Below, piece by piece: positions 39,348 to 49,879 of a stretch of 64,000 bases of DNA. Within the stretch, counting starts at the first letter, position 1. Every line of letters begins with the position of its first letter. A program made the translations under genes and the position numbers. The notes under the pieces were generated by a model. The model worked only from the letters and a program-made list of their open reading frames with translations, ran no database searches and had not been told where the DNA came from. Source of the DNA: Hydrolagus affinis. Taxonomy: Eukaryota. The stretch lies in NCBI GenBank assembly GCA_012026655.1, contig JAAILG010000014.1, positions 124,001 to 188,000 of the forward strand, written 5' to 3'.

Positions 39348-42300
39348 ATGTAATCTCAACCTTCCAGAATACGCACCCAACCGTCCTCCCCTCACAGAAT
39401 CATTAGTCTTTTTTTAAATTAGTCTGACATCCTGGTCTAAACCACCCTTCTTGATAATTAGTTCCAGTTGTTAATTACCCCCTAGGCAATTAAATACTTC
39501 CTGTTGTCTGTATTGATATCACCCTTTGTAACCCTGAACTTGTGTCTTCTTGTTCTGCTGTCTTGGTTTATCGGAAAGTATTTCTCTGAGTTTACTTATT
39601 AAATCACAAATTCATATTTCCCTCTACAAGGTTCCCTCGTATTTTACAAGTTATTATTGTAAATTCAACCCAGAAGAGATGTGAACGAATAAACTTTCAT
39701 TTAATGTAGTGCCTTATGTCGTCAAAATGTCTCAGAGCGTTTCAAGGTAAATTACAGTCACATGTAATGATTGCGTCTGTGGGCAAACAGTTTGCCAAGT
39801 GAAAGGACAAAAACAAAACAAAGCTACAACACAAACGTAACTAGCTTAAATACAGATCCTAATTGTTACTAAGTTTGTACGTGTATACAAACTTAATGAC
39901 TTTTTCTCTCTTTGAACGTTTCATGTAACATGAAACGTTATTTACTGCAATCCTAATCAATGCGAACCTATCTTTCTCTGTCAGATGCTGACTGACCTCT
40001 TGTGCTTTTTTTGTGTTTTTATTTCCCGTTTCCATCGTTCATGTTTTTTTTCTCCCTTTTTATCTCTGCAAATGCCTTTCAACCTCTAGCGATACACAGG
40101 AAACAACTCTGGAGGGTGTCTGACAGCAACAACACACAGCAAATGTTTTGCACAGAGATCATTTCCCACCCAAACAGGGAATATTGTCGACTGTTCTACA
40201 GAGACTGCGGTTTTAATTTGTGTTCAGACTGCAAGCAATTTAAAGCCGGTATCTAAATGAGTAGGGATGTATATTTCATTGTAAAGACTCAGAAATCCCA
40301 CATGCATGATTCACTTCATGGCTGTTTGTGGAATCTTGTACAGAAATTATTTGTAAACTGCTGATGTGTTGATGCAATAAAGTATATTAAAAAAAATTAT
40401 TGTACTCTTTCCTTCTGCTTCATGATATTCCTGCAGTATATTGGTTTGAGTACTCGCCTCAATCATGAAGACCTGGGCTCCATTCCGGGGCAGGGCAAAA
40501 TATTAAGCAAGACTCCTTACTCCGCATACCTCTGCTTACCTAGCAGTAAGTCAGAACCTGGTTGTAATAAAATGCTTACTTGAAATCAATAGCCTATATA
40601 CGATCTTGCTCTCTTTAATGGAAGGGTATTGTGGTGAGTTATTGCAGAGCTATTGGAGAGACGATACATAAATAATGCCAGCTAATGGAATTTGTATTGC
40701 ATTTCAAGTAGGCTGATGAGATGCTAACATTGGATTATATACTGTGTCCTCTCCTAGTTCAATTCCAGGAGTTATTCCAACAAAAGCTCCCACTGAGAAA
40801 CTGATGGAACACCAGATTGAATTGCCTCCCCTCAAAGTCCTGAGAACACTATCCCGGCAAATTCACTCCAAATGGAGAATGATTCATCCAAAGTAACCTT
40901 CTGCAGGTAAAAGGTGCAGATAATCCAACATCAAATATCCTGGATTAGTGAGTTTAGTAAGGAATGCTTTAACTGAGTATTATAGGGTGAAAGTAGTCGA
41001 AGAGTAGAATGTTTTTCTGAATTGTTAAATATTTTTGACTGGAAAAAAAATCAATGACTGTACATCATACCTAATTGTACAGCACAATAACCCAGTTAGA
41101 AGAGTTGTGAGGCAATTTTAAAGATTAATCATGGGTCCTTGCCAGTGCCTTGGGACGTGAAAGGTGCTATATAAATACAATTTTGTTGTTGAATTTTGTT
41201 GTTGTTTTTGCAATCCAAAATGCACAACTCCAGCTACCTCTGCATCAGCATATTTTCTGCCAGTGGAAACCCTTAACACTGTGCCACACAGCACCTGTCA
41301 CAGAGGGATAGGGTGGGCAGCGGTCATGTCAAATGAAACAAAGGTATAATATTCTTCACCTGAACACTGGGGTTTCCATGAAAGGTATAAATTATGAATA
41401 TGGCTGACTTAACACAACCTCACAATGTTAACTTGACAAAGGTACTTTGATGTGCATAGTCACTCAAGTATTTGCATAACTCACCAAGTTCGACGTAATG
41501 AGGGAAAACCAGAAAACAAACCCACTGACTATTGCGTTATGCGGTGCAATTTTTTAAAAAAAATCTAAGAATTTATGTTTAAAATACTGCGGCTGTTGGT
41601 TTTGGCCCTTTATGAATGCATCTTGGGATCTTCAAGAACCACATTATACTGACAAGTCATTTAAAAAAATATTGCATTCTAAATACCTTTCAGTTAAATA
41701 GGATGGCTTTCTGCCATTAAACCCCGTTTTTTGGAATTCCATCCAGAATCAATCCCTCTCCCCAACCCCTCAATCAAGGCCCACTTTAAAATGCACCTCC
41801 GACAGCATTTTCAGTCATTTCCCCCCACCTCACACCCCACCCCCCACCCCCCAGCTCAGCTTCGAGCCAGGATTGTCAAGACTTTGAGACGTCCTCCTGA
41901 TGTAAAAGGCACTATGTAAATTGTATTGTATTAGTGAGTTCTGGTTTAATTTTTCTTAAAAGGAGTAGGAGCTTACAATTAATGCTGAAACAATCATCTT
42001 CCTCGCACGAGATACTGAACTCAGCATATCACAATTTCACAGAGCGCCACATAGGAAATTGCTGTCAAGTATAGTGTAGTGCTTTGGCAAACTCGGCAGC
42101 CAATTTGTGCACAGTAAAATCCCATAACCGATGTGGAGTGAATGAACAATTTATCTGAAGGATTGTTGGCCTGGGCACAATAGGAATAAAAGTGTGTGGG
42201 TGCAGGGGTTAGAGTGATTGTATCTTTACTAATGTTAATTTAGCTTTTACATAGAGTCTGATTGAATACCTCCTTCATACCAGTGCCTTGGTGGATTTGC

Positions 42301-43227
42301 TGATATGGACAGTACGTATGTTAAAAGAGGTAGAAATGCAATTGCAATAACTCTGCAACAATTAGATTTAAAAAGGGAGGTGAAAGTATTATTTAAGTAA
42401 CAAGTCTTTGCTTATGTCATTCTCCGGAAGTATTTCCAACAATGGGGGTTAAGAAAGTACTAATTTTTGTCTATCATCCTTTCCCAGTGACTTAGTTTCA
42501 TTTAGGATATTGATACAATGTCTTTCACAACAACATGTTGAGAGGATGTTTCAAAGTGCTTAAGGTTCATGCAAATACCTTGTGTGCGTGGGGGTTGGGG
42601 GCGAGTAGACGAGCGGGGAGATGTGGAAGCTGTGGATGTGCCCTTCGAATGAACTGGCACTGAGCAGATGTCCATGGCCAAACCATGCACCTCTGGAATA
42701 ATTCATGGCATTGTTGATAATTGGCCAACTTGTCTGGTTTCAACATGTTCTCAACCCTACAAGGCCACATTCTGATTCACTGTGGCACCAATATGTAGAA
42801 AGGTACTTGCCCTCAGAAAGCCAGCCAAATTCATCCTTTAGAATGACTCACACACAAAGCAGACACTTGAACGAGAAATTGGACGGGAGCCAATGCCTTT
42901 GAGATAACATTCCAGTACCGCCAGGGGAGAAGCAATGGAATTACAAGAAAAGAGGTAAACACAAGGAATTGGAAGTGTCAAATTATTTTTATGAGGGTAT
43001 TAGTATTCTTTACTTTTCATTCTATACACACACACATGGGTCTTCTGCACAATCCATCCACGGAAGATAAACTAATGCGGAATAGGAAGCACAAAATCAT
43101 GATCCATTCATCAATATTTGCTCAAATGTATTCGCTTCCTGGGGAGATCAGATTAAGAGTGTAGGATAGTATATAAAGAGGTTCATATGAATAGTGAAGA
43201 AATGTTCAGAAGGGCAAAAGCAATGTT

Positions 43228-43625
43228 AATAATACTTGCATTTGATACAGAGCCTTATCACATTATCAAGATGTCCCAAGATTACTGTAAAGTTTAGTGA
43301 CTGTCTTTCGTGGATGAACATGACAGTCAATTTGTGCACAGCAATATCCCACAAACAGCCAGAAAGTGAATGATTAATTCTATCCAAGGAATTGTTGGCC
43401 AGGAAAATAGGAGAAAGATTTGAATAATGCCACAGGACACTTTAATATCCCATTTAACATCAGAACTCAGTCTAATATCTCATCTGAAGGGCAACACTTC
43501 CAATAATATAGTGCTCGCCCAACACCGCAGTGCATGCCTCCACTAAACATGTTCAAAGTGCTGAGGTGAGGCTCGAACCCACTTTCTGACTCAGAGATAA
43601 GGGTCCTACTGACTTAGCTAGGCTG
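43228..43625 (-). mobile_element. Older DeuSINE, full length
   Basis: AATACTTGCATTTGATA...TTGTTGGCCAGGA...CTCGAACCCACTTTCTGACTCAGAG. Confidence 0.75.
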
Positions 43626-44113
43626 ATTTGATTTGGGGTACCTTGATTGCTCACACAATTTTTTTTTATTTCGGAATAACTATTAAAATACTTGGCAAGA
43701 GATTTGTCATTTCAGAGATCAGTGTATTAGGTCCCCAACAGTAACATCACACACTGTTGTGGGAGCGCGGGGGGGGGAAGAGAAGATGGAGGCACCGCAA
43801 AGTCTGCTCTTGTATACACAGCTGCGACTCAATGGGGAAGACATATTGACCACTGTTGTGCAATGAGCGGACCCTGTGAATCCTATGTTACCATCTTGGA
43901 GAAACACACTGCACTACCGTTCAAAACACTTATTTACTGCCACTCCGAACTCTGGTGCCAGTGAAGATAACAGATGCCCTTCATTCCTGCAGCTCTGCAA
44001 AGTGAAGGAACCAGACTCTATCAAAAGGTTTTACAATTACCTAGTGCATTGAACATGACAAAAGCTCCCTGGACAAAGCAAACTCAGGCACTTATTCTCC
44101 AGTGGATACAAAT

Positions 44114-44545
44114 GGAGTCTGGTTGCACGTTGGTTAGAGCACTTCGCAAGTGAGAGGACCCAGGTTTGATTCCCAAGCAGGGTGAAACCTTGGGCTAGTT
44201 TTCTTACTCCACCGCCTCTGTTCACCTAGCAAGTAGAAACCTGGTTGCTAGACAACTGACAGGTCACGTTCCAGAAGTAATCAACCCTTCAAAAATACAC
44301 ACACATATAACAGCAACAAAATTACACTTGTACAGCGCCTTTCACGTCAGCAAGACATCCCAAGGCGCTGGCGCACACACACACACACGCAAGCAAATAT
44401 GCATGCACGCATGCACACACACACATAGAGAATTTGATCACTCAATCCATGACTGTTTGTGGGATACTGCTATGTGCAATTGGCTGTCGCATTTCGCCCA
44501 CAGAATACACTGTCAATTCTCTTTACAGTAGGTATATCCTGAGAA
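44114..44545 (+). mobile_element. tRNA-head Deu-type SINE, long form, with a nested antisense L2-type tail and (CA)n
   Basis: GGAGTCTGG...TGGTTAGAGCAC...GCCTCTGTTCACCTAGCAAG..., insert at about 44310-44371, then the body. Confidence 0.8.
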
Positions 44546-45621
44546 GTTCTGTGAGAGTGGAGGTAGGCTTTAAAGCAAAGCAAGTGGAGATGGCAAGACA
44601 GGGGCGGGGGTGAAGAGGGGGACGGGGTACTGTATGGGAGTCTGAACCTCAGCCAGTTATTTGGAGTCAGGTGGAAGAAAAACTTTGGCTCTTGGCCTGA
44701 TTGACTGCAGGAAGTGAACCTTCAAGAGGTTGGCTTGAGCAGCAAAGACATTGGCCAAGGGAAATAGAGGCAGGAGTGAGGGGGTGTTAGATTAGCGTCA
44801 GACAAAGCAGCCTTGGGCTGAGCCCAGGCTTTAGCATTGGAATTTGAACTTTTTCGCAATGTAAAAACTATGTTTAAAATGTTTCAGGCATTAGTGCCCT
44901 CCCTCCCCCTCTTCATAACACATAATGCAATTACAGTATTTCAAATAAGACAATCGAGAGGTGGGAAGGGGAGGGAAAACAACATCCCATAGAAATGAAG
45001 AGGTGTTTTAAATAAATGTGTTGCATTATAAGGGAGGAAAACAAAATCTAAATACTGGCACCATCTCTAACGAATTCACTAATGCACAAAAATAGACTCA
45101 GAGAGTTGCATTAGACTGCTGGCTTGTGTTTCACCATCTAATGTCAATATTCATCCACTGAAGACTACATGTGCTGTACAAACCTTAGAGACACCTAACA
45201 CACACCTTCCTAGCCCGGCTCACGTTAAAGCCACAAAGCCTCAGGCAATATTCTATCAAGGAAATTGGAAACAGAGGGGGAGATACCCGCATTTCTATCT
45301 TTAATGTTTTTTGGGGAAAAATGTAAATGTGCGCACACTTATTGCATATTGTCTTCATCAAAAAAATAGTTTCCTATCTCCCTCTCTGCTCCCCCTTTCG
45401 CTTTCCGAAGATCCTAGTTCACTTTGTTCAAAGTATATTTATACAAAATGAAACATATGTTGAGTTTTTAGAAATACTGTATATGTTTTTATAATGGTTT
45501 TGTACAGATCGGCTCACTAATAAAAAGAAACAACATAAAAGGTGGATTTGGAATAATTCGCTTCACAGTAATCACTGTGGGGGACAGCGTTACAGCGCCT
45601 TTAATTGGATGCTACTAATGA

Positions 45622-45755
45622 ACCTCCAGGTGATTTAAAGGGATCCCTCACCTCCAGGTGATTTAAAGGGGCCGTTCGCCCTCCCCCCCCCCCCAGGGAA
45701 TTTAAAGGGACCCCTCACCTCCAGGTGATTTAAAGGGGCCGCTCGCCCTCACCTC
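45622..45755 (+). repeat. Promoter-proximal minisatellite with 4 units around (C)ACCTCCAGGTGATTTAAAGGG
   Basis: ATTTAAAGGG occurs 4 times and ACCTCCAGGTG 3 times, arranged as an (A-B)x2 higher-order repeat with a poly-C run in the middle. Confidence 0.9.
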
Positions 45756-45794
45756 TTGGGATCTGGGGCTCCGGCCCATCCTCTACTGGATGAT

Positions 45795-45900
45795 TGCCCA
45801 TTGGCTGGCGCCATGAGCACCCGGCCTGTCATTGGGCCGAGCAAAGGAGTCGTCATCCGTACCTTTCAGCCTAAAATAAAGAAGTTTCGCATCTTGCTTT
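45795..45900 (+). promoter_or_regulatory. Putative GDF10 core promoter: two inverted CCAAT boxes, GGCGCC element and TATA-like sequence
   Basis: ATTGG at 45800 and 45831 (31 bp apart), TGGCGCC at 45806-45812 and TAAAATAAAG at 45872-45881. The region is CpG-rich, and I see no ATG between about 45816 and the start codon at 46467, consistent with a leader of about 570 nt. Confidence 0.55.
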
Positions 45901-45924
45901 TCTGGCGGCAACGCGTGAAAACAA

Positions 45925-46066
45925 GTAGAGAAGAGAAGAGCGAAGAGAAGAGAGAGGAAGAGAAGAGAGAGAGCGAAGAGAGAGAGAGAGAGAGCGAAGA
46001 GAGAGAGAGAGAGAGAGCGAAGAGAGAGAGAGAGCGAAGAGAAGAGAAGAAAGAAGAGACGAGAGA
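45925..46066 (+). repeat. Compound (GA)n / GAGAGCGAA microsatellite in the putative GDF10 5' UTR
   Basis: Directly visible purine tract of about 140 bp. (AT)n at about 46243-46285 and (TCCC)n at about 46412-46439 follow. Confidence 0.9.
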
Positions 46067-46466
46067 GCTTCGAGTATTCAACCCAGAGACACAGAGAAAC
46101 TTCTAACCCAGAGAGAGAAATTAGGACAGGAAGGTTCTGACTGGGACTCGACAGTAACAGCAGCGATTCCTCACAGCCAAATAACTGCATCTGTGATACT
46201 TTATAATTCATTCCCACCCTCACCAAACGTTGGTTCGCGTTTATATATATATATATAATATACTGTACTGTATATATAAATATATAATTTTAATTCCGCA
46301 ACTGCGTCCTGATTTCAGTTCCGGATCTTGAAGAGGTTTTACTTCTGTACCTGGATACCCTTCCCACCCTCCCAACTCTTGCAAAATACCCCCCCACCCC
46401 CCGCCGCCCTCACCCTCCCTCCCTCCCTCCCTCCCTCCCATCCCCTTGACACTGCCGATCACCATC

Positions 46467-46767
46467 ATGTATTGTATCCGGGCTGCGAGCTGGATGTCCC
46501 TCCAGGTGCTGGCGTGTCTGACTCTGTTCTGTGTTACCGGGAGCCAACACTCGGGGGGAGATGGGCACCAGCACCAGCAGCAGCAGCAGACATCAGTCAC
46601 TGGTTTGCAAGAGCTACAGTCTGACGGCACCGGCGACATCTCTCCGCTGGGTCGCCCCGCACGGGACATGGTGTCGGTGCATATGTTCAAACTCTACGAC
46701 AAGTACAACCGCGAGGGGAACCGACCGAGAGACGGTAATACGGTCCGGAGCTTCAAGGCGAGCGAGG
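46467..46767 (+). CDS. GDF10: GDF10 (BMP3b) coding exon 1: signal peptide and N-terminal prodomain
   Basis: ATG at 46467 with A at -3 (atcATGt). Hydrophobic signal-like MYCIRAASWMSLQVLACLTLFCVTGS, then the BMP3/GDF10 prodomain motif DMVSVHMFKLYDKYNRE...DGNTVRSFKA. Phase-1 donor G|GTAAGG at 46768. Confidence 0.93.
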
Positions 46768-46825
46768 GTAAGGCAACACACGATACAACAGATAGACACC
46801 CACCACCCCGAGATGGGTTTGTGTT

Positions 46826-47022
46826 TAATCATCCTCGCATTTGATAATCACGTCTCCGAGACGTCTCAAAGCGCTTCACGACATTTCCTGCTTGAAGTGG
46901 AGTTGAATTAGAATAGAGTGTGTGTCGTTTGCTGTGAGCGAAACACGGCAGCCAATTGCGCACAGAAGCGTCCCCCACAAGCAGTCGTGGATTTAAATGA
47001 CCGGATTAATATTATTATTATT
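46826..47022 (-). mobile_element. Deu-type SINE 3' half in GDF10 intron 1, CpG-retaining
   Basis: GAGACGTCTCAAAGCGCTTCACG...GCGAAACACGGCAGCCAATTGCGCACAG. A second CpG-rich tail lies at about 48052-48160. Confidence 0.8.
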
Positions 47023-48846
47023 GATCACAATTTAAAAAGAAACCCATATTACTGAAGCTCTATAACGCACGACCAGCCCGAACCAACCGTTCCAGGTTCA
47101 CTTCAAACGCCTCGGTGTCGTGTTGTTTCAGGTTAGTTGAAGTTATGCAAGTTGCTGTCAACTTCCCAAACAATCAAACACAGGTACACATATACACACA
47201 CTCACACACACATATACACACACACACACACACGACTGACTTCATTCACCAAGCGTATAAACACTGAAGTTATTAAAAAAAAATAAAAAAAATCATTGCC
47301 AAGATTTGCACAGAAATATTTGGAATATAAATTAGAATTTTTTTCTTTAAAAATGCAACATGACGCTTTGTATTTGCATATTTGGGTATTTGAGAGGCAA
47401 ACGAAAATGTTTTCCAAATCTAAACTGTCTGCCTGCCCTGTGTGGAGCAAAGCGGGCGAATGAGATGTGAGGTCTGAAATAGCGCCCCCTCTCAGTCACT
47501 TCGGCCTTTACTTCGCCTCTGGGTCGAAAATGCATTCGTTTGAACGCCTTTTACCTGCTGTCTGACATTCCTGTATCTGCTGAGTATCTCTCCTGCGGAG
47601 ATCAAACTCGCGGTGAATTATCTCCCGAGCTCCAAGTTAATAACAGCAAATAAAACATATATGTATATCACTTGTGTACCATCTTAACCCTTGTTAACCG
47701 AGTTACATGTTCCTGTTGCGAAACTGTTTGAGCTTTTGCAAAAATGCCATGTTTTAGACCCATCGTTGGAATTTGAACTCTTTTAAGATATGTTCTGAGC
47801 CTCTTTCTTTGCAATGTTGTTGTTTTTCCGATGCCAACTTTTAGATTACAGGGGGGATAGGAACAGCCTCGGGATCCCTTGTCTAGAAACTCCTCGCAAT
47901 AGAAGGGGAAATTATATTTAATGGGTTCAATCCAATCGAGAGTAGTAATTCATGTCGCTTGTCCAAAGGCCCTCAAACTGTGAAACACAGAAATCAGGAA
48001 TTGTGGAGAGTAGCTCAAAACACGACTGTCTTAGCAATATTAGTCCATTTAATAATAATAATACTTGCGTTTGATATAGCGCCTTGTCACGTCTTAAAGA
48101 CGTCTCAAAGCGCTTCGTGGAATATACTGTAAAGCGAATTGACTGTATATTTTGTGAACGATCAGGTGTATTTATCGAGTGTAATGTGTGATTCAGAGAG
48201 AGGGAGAGGAGCTAACACTGTACAAAGGGTATTCGTAGAAGGATAGGGAGGAGCGAGTTCACACCAACTAAATTATTCTTCCTGATCTGCAGTTAATCCC
48301 AGAAATAATGTAAATCCTCCCCCTGTTAAAAACCAAGGTCACACACAGGCTGCTGATAACAAAGGGAACCTCAAACGCCGTGTTTACCTGGAAGGAGACT
48401 GAGCCAGTGACAATACTAACAATAGGGACTTTCCAATGGCCATATAGCGGTCGTGACTGATGATCGATATATATTCAAACTGTTCTGAAAATAAAAATCC
48501 CCCCTTTATTGGAACACAGCAACAGGAGGTTGTCAGGAAATTACTCCACAACTCCCAGTTAATAGCTTGCACTGGACGAGGACTTGCGTGCGTGTTCCTG
48601 GATATGGTTTATATGTATTAATTAGAAGTTTAAGGCATTCCACAGAGTGGTGGTCAGTTTGGGTGCAGAAAGACTTCATCAAGGGATTTATCTAACTCGT
48701 GCCGATCCCTGTTAAGAGACAGGACATGTGTGGGTGGGTTCATTGGGAAAGCTATTGTTGTTTTGCTTGTGGCCTCTTAAAAAAACAAAGTGTTCATTTT
48801 TCTTTGTGTATGTTTTTTTTTCACCTCCCTCTTCTCCCTCTGCCAG

Positions 48847-49733
48847 AAGTGATGGGTGACAAACTGATGTATCACTTCAACCTGACTTCTATCCAAGAAT
48901 CCGAGAAGATCTTGTCTGCCACGTTTCACTTTTTCACTCCCAAGCGCTGGAGGAACCGACATGTGTTTTGCAAACGCTCTAAGAGTTTCTCCTGCGCTTT
49001 CCACCACTCCCAACACCATCTCTCCCCAATCCGTGTGAGCTTCAGAGGAGCTTCCCCCGCCTGGCCTTTGGGGAGGGCGCTGGGAAACCTCACGGTCACC
49101 CCTCACAAGAGGGGCACTTGGAGTGTGAATGACATCTCGCACATCACCAAGGAGGCGAGGAGAGGAGAGCTGCTCATGCTGGAAGTGGAACTGGATTTCG
49201 GCGAAACTCTCCAAAGCGCGACCCAAGCCAGCAACTTGCCCTACATATTGGTCTACGCCAACGACCTGGCCATTTCCGAGCCCAGTAGCGTGGTCGTCAC
49301 ACTGCAGCGCTACGGCCCGTTCCCCTCCAGCGAGGAAGAGTCGACCCAGTCTCCCAATACGTCTCGTGTCAGGAGGGAGACTTACTTCTCGTCCCTACAG
49401 AACAACGAGCTCCCCGAGGTGGAGTATAACCGTTACAACAAGCACGATCTGTGGGAAAGCGCCTACAAGTCGCTGAAACCCAAAGTGCCCCGTAAGGAGA
49501 AGAGGCGCAAGGACCAAGGAGAGGCCGAGCAGGTGGGCAAATCTCAGGTGCTGAGCTTCGACGAGAAGACCATGCGCAAAGCCCGCAGGAGGCAATGGAA
49601 CCAACCCAAGGTCTGTTCCAGGAGATACCTGAAAGTAGACTTTGCTGACATTGGTTGGAGCGAATGGATATTATCCCCCAAATCATTCGACGCCTATTAC
49701 TGTGCAGGAGCTTGCGAGTTCCCCATACCCAAG
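48847..49733 (+). CDS. GDF10: GDF10 coding exon 2: prodomain, furin-type sites, first half of the TGF-beta mature domain
   Basis: Polypyrimidine tract and CCAG acceptor ending at 48846; G+AA gives Glu in frame with exon 1. Encodes YHFNLTSIQESEKIL, LVYANDLAISEP, RVRR, LQNNELP and TMRKARRRQW...CSRRYLKVDFADIGWSEWILSPKSFDAYYCAGACEFPIPK. Phase-0 donor GTAAGG at 49734. Confidence 0.97.
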
Positions 49734-49779
49734 GTAAGGTGATACACGCAGCGAGTTCAGAAGGCCAGAGATGTATTTG

Positions 49780-49879
49780 NNNNNNNNNNNNNNNNNNNNN
49801 NNNNNNNNNNNNNNNNNNNNNNNNNNNNNNNNNNNNNNNNNNNNNNNNNNNNNNNNNNNNNNNNNNNNNNNNNNNNNNN
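49780..49879. other. Assembly gap (100 N) in GDF10 intron 2
   Basis: Run of exactly 100 N followed by a poly-C tract. Confidence 0.99.

Noticed and set aside
1-45500. Exons of neighbouring genes such as GDF2/BMP9
   Set aside because: No ORF in the track or by eye shows TGF-beta or other recognisable protein motifs outside GDF10 and the LINE fragments. Short exons below the ORF cutoff cannot be excluded.
45622-45755. CRISPR-like direct repeats
   Set aside because: The context is eukaryotic, the intervening sequences are short and themselves repeated, and there are no cas genes. It is a minisatellite.
45756-46226. ORFs of 116-147 aa rich in E/R or L/S
   Set aside because: They are translations of the (GA)n microsatellite.
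48777-49604. Antisense and alternative-frame ORFs over exon 2
   Set aside because: They are by-products of the GC-rich GDF10 coding sequence.
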